From NCBI GenBank assembly GCA_010028705.1, contig RHAI01000018.1, positions 1-28,611 of the forward strand: DNA of 28,611 bases, given 5' to 3'. The notes beneath the pieces are model-generated. The model saw only the letters and a program-made list of their open reading frames with translations, did not search any database and had not been told where the DNA came from. Both the position numbers and the translations under genes were made by a program. The stretch is from a bacterium (GTDB taxonomy: Bacteria > Margulisbacteria > Marinamargulisbacteria > SXXA01). Below are positions 9,371 to 18,734 of this stretch, piece by piece (the stretch's first letter is position 1; the number at the start of each line of letters is the position of its first letter).

Positions 9371-10549
9371 ATGAATTCGAAATTTAAAATAGCCGTCATG
9401 TTAATTTGTAGTGCGATTGGAGGAATATTAATTGGAGATAAGGCATCGGTATTACTTCCAGCTGTCAAGCTAATCATGGGTGCTTTTAAATTTGTTGTGA
9501 TCCCGTTCGTGTTTACGTCGGTTATATTAGCGATACTGGGTATTAAAAATGGGCTATGCAAAATAGCGACTGGTACAGGTGTCGTTTTTTTTGCTTTGAC
9601 GTTATCTGCCGTTGTATGGGCTGGTTTGGTGGCGTACTCAATGCCTACATCGCTATTCCCTCCCCAGGAACATGTCGGTGCAAATTTGCCGTCCCTCGGG
9701 GTATCGGAATGGATTGCCAATTCTGTCCCGACAAATTTATTTTTCGCGTTGTCTTCTGGTAATTTGTTTCAAATATTGCTGTGTGGTGTAGTTGTTGCGC
9801 TAGCTATCCGATCGGTTGGTGGAGCCCCGACAGTGAATCGGCTCATCGAGGAATTTCATTCGATCGTTCACGCGTGGGTATCTGTACTGAATCGTATGAT
9901 ATGGATACTTATCTCACTGGTGATTGTGTGGGCTGTTGGTACGTGTGGGGCCCAACTGGGGCACTCGACGGCAATCCTAATCCTCGCTATGGTTTTAGCT
10001 ATAATCGCGCAAACGCTTATAACCTACTCGTGTGTTGTTTCTTGGTTTAGCAACGTAAAATTAACCCGATTTTGGACGATTGCTTTTAAAGTGTGGACGA
10101 CAGCTTGCGCGACGACGAGTGCCGCTGCGACGTTGCCCACAACCATTGCCGCTATGGAGGAACTAGGGATTAATAAATCGATATCTCAGTTTGTCGCGCC
10201 GTTGGGATCAATAGCGAATAAAGGGGGAACTGCCATTTTTCAATTGGTTTCAATTTGGGTGATATGTGTCACATTCAAAGTCTCTCTTAATCCGATAATT
10301 ATTCTCAAGATCGTATTGGTGGTACTTGCAACGTCATTTTCTACCGGAAGCATCCCGGGTGCTGGCCTTGTGGGGTTATCCCTGATAATCGATACCCTAG
10401 GGTTACCAGTCGCTGGGTTTGCTATTGCAGCCGCCGCTGATCGCTTGGCGGATATGGTTCGAACGCCGACTAATGTTGTCGGAGATTTAGCGGCGGCCGT
10501 AGTAATTAATACGATGTATCCTCAGCAAACCGATGAGCTGGCGGTTTAA
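9371..10549 (+). CDS. Dicarboxylate/amino acid:cation symporter (DAACS/GltP-DctA family), atypical NKGGT motif
   Basis: SAAATLPTT (HP1), SIPGAG (HP2) and DRLADMVRTPTNVVGD (TM8) align with GltPh/GltP. The NMDGT box reads NKGGT. GGGAG lies upstream of the ATG. Confidence 0.85.
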   Translation: MNSKFKIAVMLICSAIGGILIGDKASVLLPAVKLIMGAFKFVVIPFVFTSVILAILGIKNGLCKIATGTGVVFFALTLSAVVWAGLVAYSMPTSLFPPQEHVGANLPSLGVSEWIANSVPTNLFFALSSGNLFQILLCGVVVALAIRSVGGAPTVNRLIEEFHSIVHAWVSVLNRMIWILISLVIVWAVGTCGAQLGHSTAILILAMVLAIIAQTLITYSCVVSWFSNVKLTRFWTIAFKVWTTACATTSAAATLPTTIAAMEELGINKSISQFVAPLGSIANKGGTAIFQLVSIWVICVTFKVSLNPIIILKIVLVVLATSFSTGSIPGAGLVGLSLIIDTLGLPVAGFAIAAAADRLADMVRTPTNVVGDLAAAVVINTMYPQQTDELAV

Positions 10550-10598
10550 ATCAGATATTTAACAATGTCTCCAGACGACTTGTTGGATAATCGTTTGC

Positions 10599-10626
10599 AC
10601 GATGAACAGGTATCGTTGTTTTTTTT
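10599..10626 (+). terminator. Weak rho-independent terminator candidate after the symporter gene
   Basis: ACGAT-GAACAGGT-ATCGT (only 5 bp) followed by TGTTTTTTTT. The long T-tract is good but the stem is weak. Confidence 0.3.
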
Positions 10627-10816
10627 CTCGACCCTGCTGTCTCAGGCCCTTTATCGCTGGATCGAAATGGCGCACTGCAGTGTTATTTATTGTTCAAAAT
10701 CCTCAACCCGGCGCCGCACTGTTTCAGGTGTTTCAAATCGAATTCCTACCATTTTGCCATTGGTTCCTATCCCAAGTGCATAATTTTAACTTAGCTATTG
10801 GCGTTGTCAGCAGCGC

Positions 10817-12118
10817 CTAGCAAAATCGAGGGGTTCGTCTCCATAGTATCTTGCCGTCAATAATAGTCATTACAGGCCAACCCACTAACCCCATTCCATG
10901 AAAGGGGGACAATTTACTTTTCGAACCAAAGCCGGCCTGATCTACCGACATTTCGGTTTTGGTATCGATGACGGTAAATGACGGTTTAGTATTGATCGCT
11001 ACGCCGGGTTTTTTTAACCTAAATATCCGTTTCGGATTGGTTGAAAGTAATTTGGCTATTAATGGCAGAGGAACGGCCCGTCGGTGGACTAACGCGGTAA
11101 TAACAGACGGTAGAAAGGTATCGATTCCACTCATTCCATACTCGGCACTAACAAAATCCGTTCGTTTTCCGTCGATGGTATGGGGTTGATGGTGAGATGC
11201 AAGTATATCAATGGTTCCGTCCGAAATACCCTCGATCAATGCCTCGATATCATCGCGAGTCCGGAGCGGGGGGCGACATTTGTATATCGGATCATAGCCT
11301 TCAATATCCGACTCGTCGAACATCAGGTAATGCGGCGCCGTGCCGCACGTAATCGATAATCCCCGAGCTTTTGCTTTCCGGATCAGATCAACGGTTGCCC
11401 GTGTTGTTACTGGAAATACATGCAAAAAACCACCAAAACGTTCGAGTAATTTAATATCTCGAGATAATCGGACTTCTTCGGACTCAGCCGGAATTCCTTT
11501 CAATCCAAGGACCGTCGATACGCTTCCCTCGTTCATTACCCCGTTTTGACTGAGAAGTGGGTCTTCTGGAGTAATAATAACTGGACGATCAAGATCCGAA
11601 CTATAATGGAGCGCGTGTCTCATCAGGCCCGTATGCTCCAGGGAATTTCCATCTGTAAATCCCACCGCCCCGGCATCACTCATCAAGTATAGCTCCGCTA
11701 ATTCTAGGCCAGACATATTTTTAGACAGTGCACCAAGGGGATAAATTGGGACTAAGGACGATTCCTTTCGTCGTCCGTGAATAAACGATACCATTTCGGG
11801 AGTGTCGATAATCGGATGCGTGTCAGGGGTTGAAATCAGCAGCGTAATGCCGCCAGATAAGGCCGCCTTGCTGGCGGTAGCCAGGGTTTCCTTATCTTCC
11901 TCACCTGGTTCCCGAAGCGAAACGTGACTGTCGATAATATTTGAAATGATATATTTGCCTTTAAGATCAATGACCTCGGAAGTAACCGCATCTTCTTCAG
12001 GGACATATCCAAGGCCAACCACCATGCCAGTTTCATCTAAAAAGATGTTGGTTATGTCCTCAGTGTTAGTGACTGGATCTACCAGTCGGCCGTTTATGAT
12101 GGCCGTCAGTGAGGTCAT
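10817..12118 (-). CDS. pyrC: Dihydroorotase-like protein, PyrC'-type (predicted non-catalytic; several conserved metal/catalytic positions substituted)
   Basis: Collinear with type I dihydroorotases, sharing LREPG, GAVGFTD, PPLR and other motifs. However, DxHVH reads DSHVS, AHCED reads ITPED, HVCHVS reads HVFPVT and ATDHAPH reads ASHHQPH. The ATGA overlap with the pyrB stop suggests translational coupling. Confidence 0.85.
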   Translation of the reverse strand: MTSLTAIINGRLVDPVTNTEDITNIFLDETGMVVGLGYVPEEDAVTSEVIDLKGKYIISNIIDSHVSLREPGEEDKETLATASKAALSGGITLLISTPDTHPIIDTPEMVSFIHGRRKESSLVPIYPLGALSKNMSGLELAELYLMSDAGAVGFTDGNSLEHTGLMRHALHYSSDLDRPVIITPEDPLLSQNGVMNEGSVSTVLGLKGIPAESEEVRLSRDIKLLERFGGFLHVFPVTTRATVDLIRKAKARGLSITCGTAPHYLMFDESDIEGYDPIYKCRPPLRTRDDIEALIEGISDGTIDILASHHQPHTIDGKRTDFVSAEYGMSGIDTFLPSVITALVHRRAVPLPLIAKLLSTNPKRIFRLKKPGVAINTKPSFTVIDTKTEMSVDQAGFGSKSKLSPFHGMGLVGWPVMTIIDGKILWRRTPRFC

Positions 12119-13044
12119 GCGGTGCCTCCTTTGCTTAAAAGTTGTTGAAGTATTGCCATTCGAACGATGACCCCATTAGCGACTTGGTCAAGAATAACGT
12201 TGTGGGGACCATCGGCCACATCTGAGTCGATTTCAATACCGCGGTTAATGGGTCCAGGGTGGAGAATGTTAACGGTGGGCTTCGCGTGTTGTAGTCGATC
12301 TAATGTTAATCCAAACCGATCGCGATACTCCCGGACCGTTGGAAAATAACCAAGGTCCTGTCGTTCGTATTGAATACGTAACACATTAATAAAGTCCATA
12401 TGGGGAATGGCTTTGGCTAAATCAGGGACTACGATTGCACCCATATGTTCAATGCCAGCCGGAATCAGGGTGGGAGGACCGGCAACAAAGACATTCGCCC
12501 CCAACGTTTTAAGGGCCCATATGTTCGATCGGGCGACTCGGGAATGTAGAATATCCCCCAGTATTAATACGTTTTTGCCAGTGACCGTTCCTTGTTTTTC
12601 GATCATAGTAAACACATCCAGTAGGCCTTGAGATGGATGCTCATTAAACCCATCCCCCGCGTTTATGACAGGAACTCCAAGGGTATTGTCGACAAAATGT
12701 GGGACCCCGGCATGGCGGTGACGGACAACAATACCGTCAAACCCCATCGCGTCTAAGTTTTTTATTGTGTCGAATAAAGTTTCACCTTTTTTAACCGACG
12801 ATGATTCCAAATTTAAAGCAACTGAACTACCCCCAAGGCGCTTGACGGCGGTTTCAAAACTGACGCGAGTTCGAGTCGACGGTTCAAAAAATAAGTTCAA
12901 AATGGTTTGGCCGCTCAAACTACGAGGGTGTTGGTTTTCAGTAAACGATTTTTTAAGTTCAAGCGCTGAGTTGATCAGACGTAATAATTGCTCAGAATTT
13001 AGAAAACGAAGTGCTAACAGACTTTTTGAGGAAGAAATTTTCAT
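12115..13044 (-). CDS. pyrB: Aspartate carbamoyltransferase catalytic subunit
   Basis: FFEPSTRTRVSFE, VVRH, HPSQGLLD and HPGPINRG motifs, at a typical 309 aa. Confidence 0.95.
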   Translation of the reverse strand: MKISSSKSLLALRFLNSEQLLRLINSALELKKSFTENQHPRSLSGQTILNLFFEPSTRTRVSFETAVKRLGGSSVALNLESSSVKKGETLFDTIKNLDAMGFDGIVVRHRHAGVPHFVDNTLGVPVINAGDGFNEHPSQGLLDVFTMIEKQGTVTGKNVLILGDILHSRVARSNIWALKTLGANVFVAGPPTLIPAGIEHMGAIVVPDLAKAIPHMDFINVLRIQYERQDLGYFPTVREYRDRFGLTLDRLQHAKPTVNILHPGPINRGIEIDSDVADGPHNVILDQVANGVIVRMAILQQLLSKGGTA

Positions 13045-13069
13045 TAAAAGTCTATATTATGTTCCTCTA

Positions 13070-13750
13070 ATGCAATATGCAAGAAAAAACGATCAATCAC
13101 GACACGTTAGACTTGGAGTAATTATTTTATTTATCGCACTTATCATCTGTGCTCCACAGTGTGTCGCCGAGGATGAACCGAATCACGTCATTCTCGGATC
13201 GGCTCTGATTGGTGCATTGTGGGGGGTAGGCGACAGTGTAATAAATCAACGCGATCTGTTCAAATCAACCTGGGACGGTGCCTTGACCGGCGCTTCGGTT
13301 CCGGGTGCCGTCGTGGGATTGACGCTTGGAACATCCCTCGGTGTGGCGGTGAACGTGGCGATCGGACAGCCGATCAATGAGAAAGGTTTAGTGGGTTGGG
13401 CGAGTGCCGGCGTCCTAATGGGGACAATCCTGACACATGCGACCCTTATCAATGGTGTCGAGAATGCGTCGGGTCGGAGTCTAGCACTGGCCGTTGACGC
13501 GGTCTACCTTGGATTGGCCACCTACACGGCATCCGTGACCGCCAAAGAACGCCAGAGAATTACGACGAGTGACGCAATCCTACATCGGCAAACCATGGCC
13601 ACCGTTCGCCGATATTTTGACCCCGGTACCGCCTTGACAATTGGGTTTGCCAAGGAAGCGTCGGACTATTTTTTGGGAACAGGCCACCCCGAAATTCGCG
13701 ATCTAAAAAATGATTGGGAGGGTACTTTTAACGGAATAAATACGTACTAA
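13070..13750 (+). CDS. Hypothetical Gly-rich (glycine-zipper-like) integral membrane protein with signal peptide
   Basis: ATG at 13070 gives MQYARKNDQSRHVRLGVIILFIALIICAPQCVA. Four Gly/Ala-rich hydrophobic segments follow. The upstream 101 codons of ORF 12767..13750 are antisense to pyrB and were discarded. Confidence 0.55.
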   Translation: MQYARKNDQSRHVRLGVIILFIALIICAPQCVAEDEPNHVILGSALIGALWGVGDSVINQRDLFKSTWDGALTGASVPGAVVGLTLGTSLGVAVNVAIGQPINEKGLVGWASAGVLMGTILTHATLINGVENASGRSLALAVDAVYLGLATYTASVTAKERQRITTSDAILHRQTMATVRRYFDPGTALTIGFAKEASDYFLGTGHPEIRDLKNDWEGTFNGINTY

Positions 13751-13761
13751 GTTGGCTCGCG

Positions 13762-14400
13762 TTACCGGTAATGAATAATGGATTCTTTATCAAATCGCAC
13801 TTTCTTAGCCAAACTGTATTTGTCGGCGATGTCCCGGTATCCGAGGGCAACAGCCGCAACTGTCGTGTAGTCGGTGTCAGTCAAGTTAAGCAGCCGGTCA
13901 TAGTCGGCCGAGCTTAGCCCTTCTAACGGGCAGGTGTCAATTTTAAGCATCGCCGCTGTGGCAAGTAACATTCCCATGGCAATATATACCTGACGTTGAG
14001 TCCACGACTCAATCGCTTGAGACGGTTGGGAGGCTTTACCCAATATCATATTTCGGTAGCCATCCAGTGAACTCGGATCTACTCCACGGACCTCAACAAT
14101 CCGATTCAAGTAGGCATCGATGTATTGAACATCCATCGTTTTTTTCGCTGTTAACACCACGAAATGCGATGCGTCTTCCACCTGACTTTGGTTCCATGAT
14201 GCGGCGCGTAGTTGTGTTCGGAGTGTCTTGTCTTGGACAACAATAAACTGCCATGGCTGAATTCCAAATGACGAGGGTGACAGGTGTAATGCGTTTTCTA
14301 GAGTGTTCCAATCGCTCGCGTCGATTGTTTTTGATGCGTCAAATTGTTTGACCGCATATCGCCATTCGAGAGCTGTTTGAACATCGGTATTGATAGTCAT
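13762..14400 (-). CDS. NAD(P)H nitroreductase family protein (NfsB-like)
   Basis: The N-terminal RYAVKQFD motif, QPW.F.VV, and the length and overall pattern match the nitroreductase fold. It lies 42 bp downstream of macB on the same strand. Confidence 0.8.
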   Translation of the reverse strand: MTINTDVQTALEWRYAVKQFDASKTIDASDWNTLENALHLSPSSFGIQPWQFIVVQDKTLRTQLRAASWNQSQVEDASHFVVLTAKKTMDVQYIDAYLNRIVEVRGVDPSSLDGYRNMILGKASQPSQAIESWTQRQVYIAMGMLLATAAMLKIDTCPLEGLSSADYDRLLNLTDTDYTTVAAVALGYRDIADKYSLAKKVRFDKESIIHYR

Positions 14401-14442
14401 AACGAACCGCCTTTTACTGATTTTATGTGGAGCGAAAGGATA

Positions 14443-16419
14443 TTACTCGTGTCGTAAAGATTCAATAGGATTCAACCCGGATGCCGTTTTAGCTGGCCAA
14501 AACCCAAAACAGATACCGCTGGCCATGGAGAATCCGAATGCACCCAAAAGTGCACTGGGAGTCAGCACGACTAGCCACCCCGCCGTCTGACTAAAAATTT
14601 GGGTAATTGTCACACCAATACCGATTCCCAGAATGCCACCTGAAACGCTAATACAGATCGATTCAATTAAAAATTGAGTGAGTATGGCGCCTGGGGTGGC
14701 CCCCAAGGCCTTTCGTAAACCAATTTCCCGGGTTCGTTCTGTCACTGTGACCAACATGATGTTCATCACGCCAATGCCACCGACCACCAACGAAATAACG
14801 GCAATCGCTGCCAGTAAAATACTCATCGTTTGGCTAGTTTGGGCCATCGCCTCCTGGATATCTGCCATGTTTCGGATTCGGATTGCATCGTCGTCTTTGT
14901 CGGAAATGCGGTGCCGTTTGCGAATCCACTCGTTGATCTCGACTTGTTTCGTATCCAGATCCTCCCGAGATTGCATTTCGATTTCGATTGAATCGACGAA
15001 TGTTTTACCCAGTACCCGATTCATTGCCGTACTTAATGGAACTACCACCACATCATCGTTGTCTCGGAAACCGGTGCTCCCTTTTTCAGGTAGCAGGCCG
15101 ATCACGGTAAATATCGTGCGATCGATACAAATTTGCTTACCAACGGGATTGTCATTAATGGCGCCAGTCGTTGGATCTCCAAATATGTTTTTGGCAAGCG
15201 TCAGGCCGATTAACGCGACTCGTCGGCGAGAACGGTGGTCGGATTGACTGAAAAATTGGCCCTGGGTGGGCGTCATTGCGCGAATAAATTCGTATTGAGG
15301 GAGTGCTCCAATTAAATTCGTTGACGTATTTTTGTTTCGATATCTAACCCTGACTTTTCCTGATACGACGGGTGATGCCTCTGCGATTCCATGGATATCT
15401 TTTTTCAAAAGCGCTGAATCCATCACATCAAGTCGCGTACTCAGTCCTGGGTCCATTGCGACGGCACCTTGTCGAGATGTGCCTGTGCTGACGATTAACA
15501 GATTCGATCCCAGCCCGGCAAGACGTTTTTCTATGTCTTGTTTGGCGCCGGCGCCCAATCCCAGCATCGTGATTAATGAGGCCACGCCGATTAAAATTCC
15601 CAGCATTGACAAAAATGACCGTAATCCGTGACTCAGGATCGATCGAAGTGCTTGACGGAAATCCGCTCCCATTCGGCGCATCACAACGGTATAAATCGAC
15701 ACGTTGGTGGGGGATTCCAACTCAATCGGTCGATCAACGGAACGTGGCGTGTGGGTAATGTCGCTAAGAATTTCGCCATCACGAAGGGTTACCACTCGAT
15801 GTGCCATGGCCGCGACCTCGGCGTCGTGAGTGATTAAAATAACTGTCTTTCCCTGAGAGTTTAGATGGTTAAAAATGCCCATGATGTCGGCTTGGCTCCC
15901 CGAATCGAGGTTCCCGGTAGGTTCATCGGCGAAAATAATGCTGGGATTGTTCATCATTGCCCGTGCAATCGCGACCCGTTGTTGTTGACCCCCAGATAGT
16001 TGTGCCGGCGTATGGGTTAATCGGTGGGACAATCCAACGGTGTTTAATAATGTCTGTGCCCGTCCCTGTGGTCGGTCTACGTGATTCGAGTAGTTGGCGG
16101 GTAGTGCCACATTATCTAACGCCGATGTTCTTGGGAGTAGGTTGAATTGCTGGAAGACGAATCCAATGGTTGTCGCCCGCAGTCGCGCCAGTTCGTTGTC
16201 GGATAGGTGGGCGGGGTTCACGCCGTTAATGACTAATTCCCCGTCCGACACGGTATCGAGGAGTCCCATGATGTTCATCAGTGTTGATTTGCCTGACCCC
16301 GATGGTCCAATAATCGCGATAAATTCTCCGGGGTGAATGGTTAGGGTTACGCCATTTAAAATGGCCACCGTTTCGCCGCCAATTGAGTACGACTTCTTAA
16401 TCCCGTTGCATACGATCAT
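14443..16419 (-). CDS. macB: MacB-type ABC transporter, fused ATPase and FtsX-like permease
   Basis: Walker A GPSGSGKST, signature LSGGQQQRVAIARA, Walker B IIFADEPTGNLD. A large periplasmic domain and C-terminal TM helices follow. The ATGA overlap links it to the adaptor gene. Confidence 0.93.
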   Translation of the reverse strand: MIVCNGIKKSYSIGGETVAILNGVTLTIHPGEFIAIIGPSGSGKSTLMNIMGLLDTVSDGELVINGVNPAHLSDNELARLRATTIGFVFQQFNLLPRTSALDNVALPANYSNHVDRPQGRAQTLLNTVGLSHRLTHTPAQLSGGQQQRVAIARAMMNNPSIIFADEPTGNLDSGSQADIMGIFNHLNSQGKTVILITHDAEVAAMAHRVVTLRDGEILSDITHTPRSVDRPIELESPTNVSIYTVVMRRMGADFRQALRSILSHGLRSFLSMLGILIGVASLITMLGLGAGAKQDIEKRLAGLGSNLLIVSTGTSRQGAVAMDPGLSTRLDVMDSALLKKDIHGIAEASPVVSGKVRVRYRNKNTSTNLIGALPQYEFIRAMTPTQGQFFSQSDHRSRRRVALIGLTLAKNIFGDPTTGAINDNPVGKQICIDRTIFTVIGLLPEKGSTGFRDNDDVVVVPLSTAMNRVLGKTFVDSIEIEMQSREDLDTKQVEINEWIRKRHRISDKDDDAIRIRNMADIQEAMAQTSQTMSILLAAIAVISLVVGGIGVMNIMLVTVTERTREIGLRKALGATPGAILTQFLIESICISVSGGILGIGIGVTITQIFSQTAGWLVVLTPSALLGAFGFSMASGICFGFWPAKTASGLNPIESLRHE

Positions 16420-17381
16420 CGTCCAGATCGACCTCGACCCATCGTTGGATTCAGTGGACTCCCTTGCGAACGACGCCGTGACGGATTTGGACCCATCTCC
16501 TCGACGATTACGATTGGCAATGAGTGAGGAAGGGGCGTTAAAATTTCTGTGAATTCGCCATCCGTGATACCCGTAATCACGTCGATGTGAGTGTAGTTTC
16601 CCGTCGAGCTTTGAACCGTGACGGTTGACTTCCCGCGTCGTGAGTGAATGGCCTCATTCGGGAGTGCTTGGGCATTTTTGACCTTAGCGGATTCGAAATA
16701 GACGTAGGCTGTCATTCCTGCCCGCATGTCACGCATCGACTGGCGACTAATAATATCGATTAAGTAAACCGTAACATTGTTGATTACTTTGGATTCAAAC
16801 CCAATTTTGGATACTCGCCCTGATAATCGGCGACCCGGAAACGCATCAAGTTCATAAATGACTGGCATGCCAAGTCGTATTTTACCAACATCCGTCTCAT
16901 CAATTTGAACTTGGATTTTTAGCCGATCGGCGATCACGAATAAACTATCGTTGGCAACAACGGTCTGCCCAGGTTCTACTCCACGGGAAATAATCGTTCC
17001 TGATATTGGCGCGACGATGGGGGCCGGGCGAATCATGCTTTCCCATTTTTTAACTTCATCAGGGCCGATCGAACGGGCTCCATCCAATAATACCGCTCGA
17101 TCTGTCGAACTCATCCATGCAATGATTTGCCCCTGGTGCACGACCTCTCCCTCAACGACGGCTATTTTTTCGATGCGACCCGAAATGGGCGGTTTTATGT
17201 CGACACGTGTTTCAGGAACAACCGTCCCTGTGCCAGTGATTGTCGATGTGATCGTTCTGTTTTGAATATGAACACGACGAACGTTAGGTGAGGTTCTGGT
17301 TCTGGATGTTGGGAGTAAATAGTACCCGGCGATGGCACTCACTCCAATTGCTACTAGCCCCCAGATTACGAATTTTTTCAT
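16416..17381 (-). CDS. macA: Efflux periplasmic adaptor (HlyD/MFP family, MacA-like) with a very short alpha-hairpin region
   Basis: N-terminal TM anchor, with lipoyl halves ISGRIEKIAVVEGEVVHQGQII and PISGTIISRGVEPGQTV separated by only ~26 aa. A beta-barrel domain follows. ATGA overlaps occur on both sides. Confidence 0.85.
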   Translation of the reverse strand: MKKFVIWGLVAIGVSAIAGYYLLPTSRTRTSPNVRRVHIQNRTITSTITGTGTVVPETRVDIKPPISGRIEKIAVVEGEVVHQGQIIAWMSSTDRAVLLDGARSIGPDEVKKWESMIRPAPIVAPISGTIISRGVEPGQTVVANDSLFVIADRLKIQVQIDETDVGKIRLGMPVIYELDAFPGRRLSGRVSKIGFESKVINNVTVYLIDIISRQSMRDMRAGMTAYVYFESAKVKNAQALPNEAIHSRRGKSTVTVQSSTGNYTHIDVITGITDGEFTEILTPLPHSLPIVIVEEMGPNPSRRRSQGSPLNPTMGRGRSGR

Positions 17382-18640
17382 CGGACACCTCCTAAATTAT
17401 GTTGCTGGATTTGCCAGTCGAGATTTGATTTTGCAACGGCAACTTTCGCTGTTTGGAGTTGACGCATTTGACTAATCGTTTGCGATTCAATTAGATCCCA
17501 ATTGTCGTAAGTGATTAAGCCTGAATTGTATTGCGCAGACGCAATATCGGATCGTTTTTGGGCCGCCGCCACGAGCCTCGTTTGCACCGATAGCACGTCA
17601 ATCGCATTTTTTAGTGCGTTCCACGCGTCGATGAGTTGTAACTTTTGATTTCGTATTTCAGCCATATAATCTGCCGTTGCCTGAGCAATCGCAATATCAG
17701 CCTGTTTGATTTTGGTTTCCGTTGACCCATTTAGGCCAAGCGGGACGGTGACAAATCCCGTAATTCCCGAGGACAGCGACGCGCTGGATCCTTGAGTGGC
17801 GGTACCCATGACCGCGACTTTGGCCGTCGGCCCGAGCGTGTTTTCCACCCCGCGTTTTGAACATATGAGAGACAGGATGGTGAGTTGTTTCGAGATCACG
17901 CTGGGTAAATTCGCGACGATCTTGTCAAAATCGGGTGCTGTGGGTAGCGTTAAAAATTGATTGACATTGAGTGTTGTAATAGAAATCCCCGGATTTCCTG
18001 TCATAATTCGTAATTTCTGTTCTGCCAAGTTCTTGTTTCTCCGGGCGATTTGCGTGTCTATTTTTGCTTGATCCCACTGAGCGCCAGCCCACGTCCATGC
18101 GCCGAGATGTTCCCGTCCTGAGTTAAATCGAGCCGTTAGCAATTCCACATTTTTTTGACGGCGATCCTCAATAGTTTGTGCGATTCCAATTATTTCTCGG
18201 TTATTCCACACGTCGATATAGGCATTCCCAAATTCTCGCCAAATTGCGGCTAGTGTCAGTTGGTACTGTGCCTCAGCCGTCTGAACCTCTATGCTCGAAC
18301 GGGATAATTCAGGATTTTCCCAAAGTATGGGGAATATCGATTGAGTGAGCGATAGACCGATACTACTGGAAAAATTTGATGCATTTTTTTGGTTGCCTTC
18401 GATGGTCAATTCTGCCGACCCTATCGATAGCTGTTGGGCGATCGCCATATTAAGCGACGCCGATTGGATGGTGTAACGAGCCGATGCCACGCCAGGGATG
18501 GCGGGGAGCGCATCCTTGATTAATTGATCGAGCTCCGTTGCGCTCGCCTGGACGGTGATTAACCAGGTGATACCCATTACGACGCACCATCTGAGAGTGG
18601 TAAAGTTGGCGACACTGAATGTAGTTGACAAGCGGTTCAT
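17378..18640 (-). CDS. TolC-family outer membrane efflux protein
   Basis: The repeated coiled-coil/beta pattern is typical of OEP/TolC. ATG at 18640 sits behind GAAGGAAAACCCC and gives signal peptide MNRLSTTFSVANFTTLRWCVVMGITWLITVQASA. The track's start at 18709 lacks an RBS. Confidence 0.8.
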   Translation of the reverse strand: MNRLSTTFSVANFTTLRWCVVMGITWLITVQASATELDQLIKDALPAIPGVASARYTIQSASLNMAIAQQLSIGSAELTIEGNQKNASNFSSSIGLSLTQSIFPILWENPELSRSSIEVQTAEAQYQLTLAAIWREFGNAYIDVWNNREIIGIAQTIEDRRQKNVELLTARFNSGREHLGAWTWAGAQWDQAKIDTQIARRNKNLAEQKLRIMTGNPGISITTLNVNQFLTLPTAPDFDKIVANLPSVISKQLTILSLICSKRGVENTLGPTAKVAVMGTATQGSSASLSSGITGFVTVPLGLNGSTETKIKQADIAIAQATADYMAEIRNQKLQLIDAWNALKNAIDVLSVQTRLVAAAQKRSDIASAQYNSGLITYDNWDLIESQTISQMRQLQTAKVAVAKSNLDWQIQQHNLGGVR

Positions 18641-18734
18641 GGGGTTTTCCTTCGGACACTCCGGTCTGGAGCAGTAGTGACGATTTTGATTACAGTTGGG
18701 TGGCGGCATGCAAATGCTATAGACTTATTCTACC

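Noticed and set aside
10589-10616. Mutually exclusive mini-hairpins ATCGT-TTGC-ACGAT and ACGAT-GAACAGGT-ATCGT resembling an attenuator
   Set aside because: The stems are only 5 bp and AT-rich, and they lie after a gene end with no downstream gene on that strand, so this is most likely coincidence.
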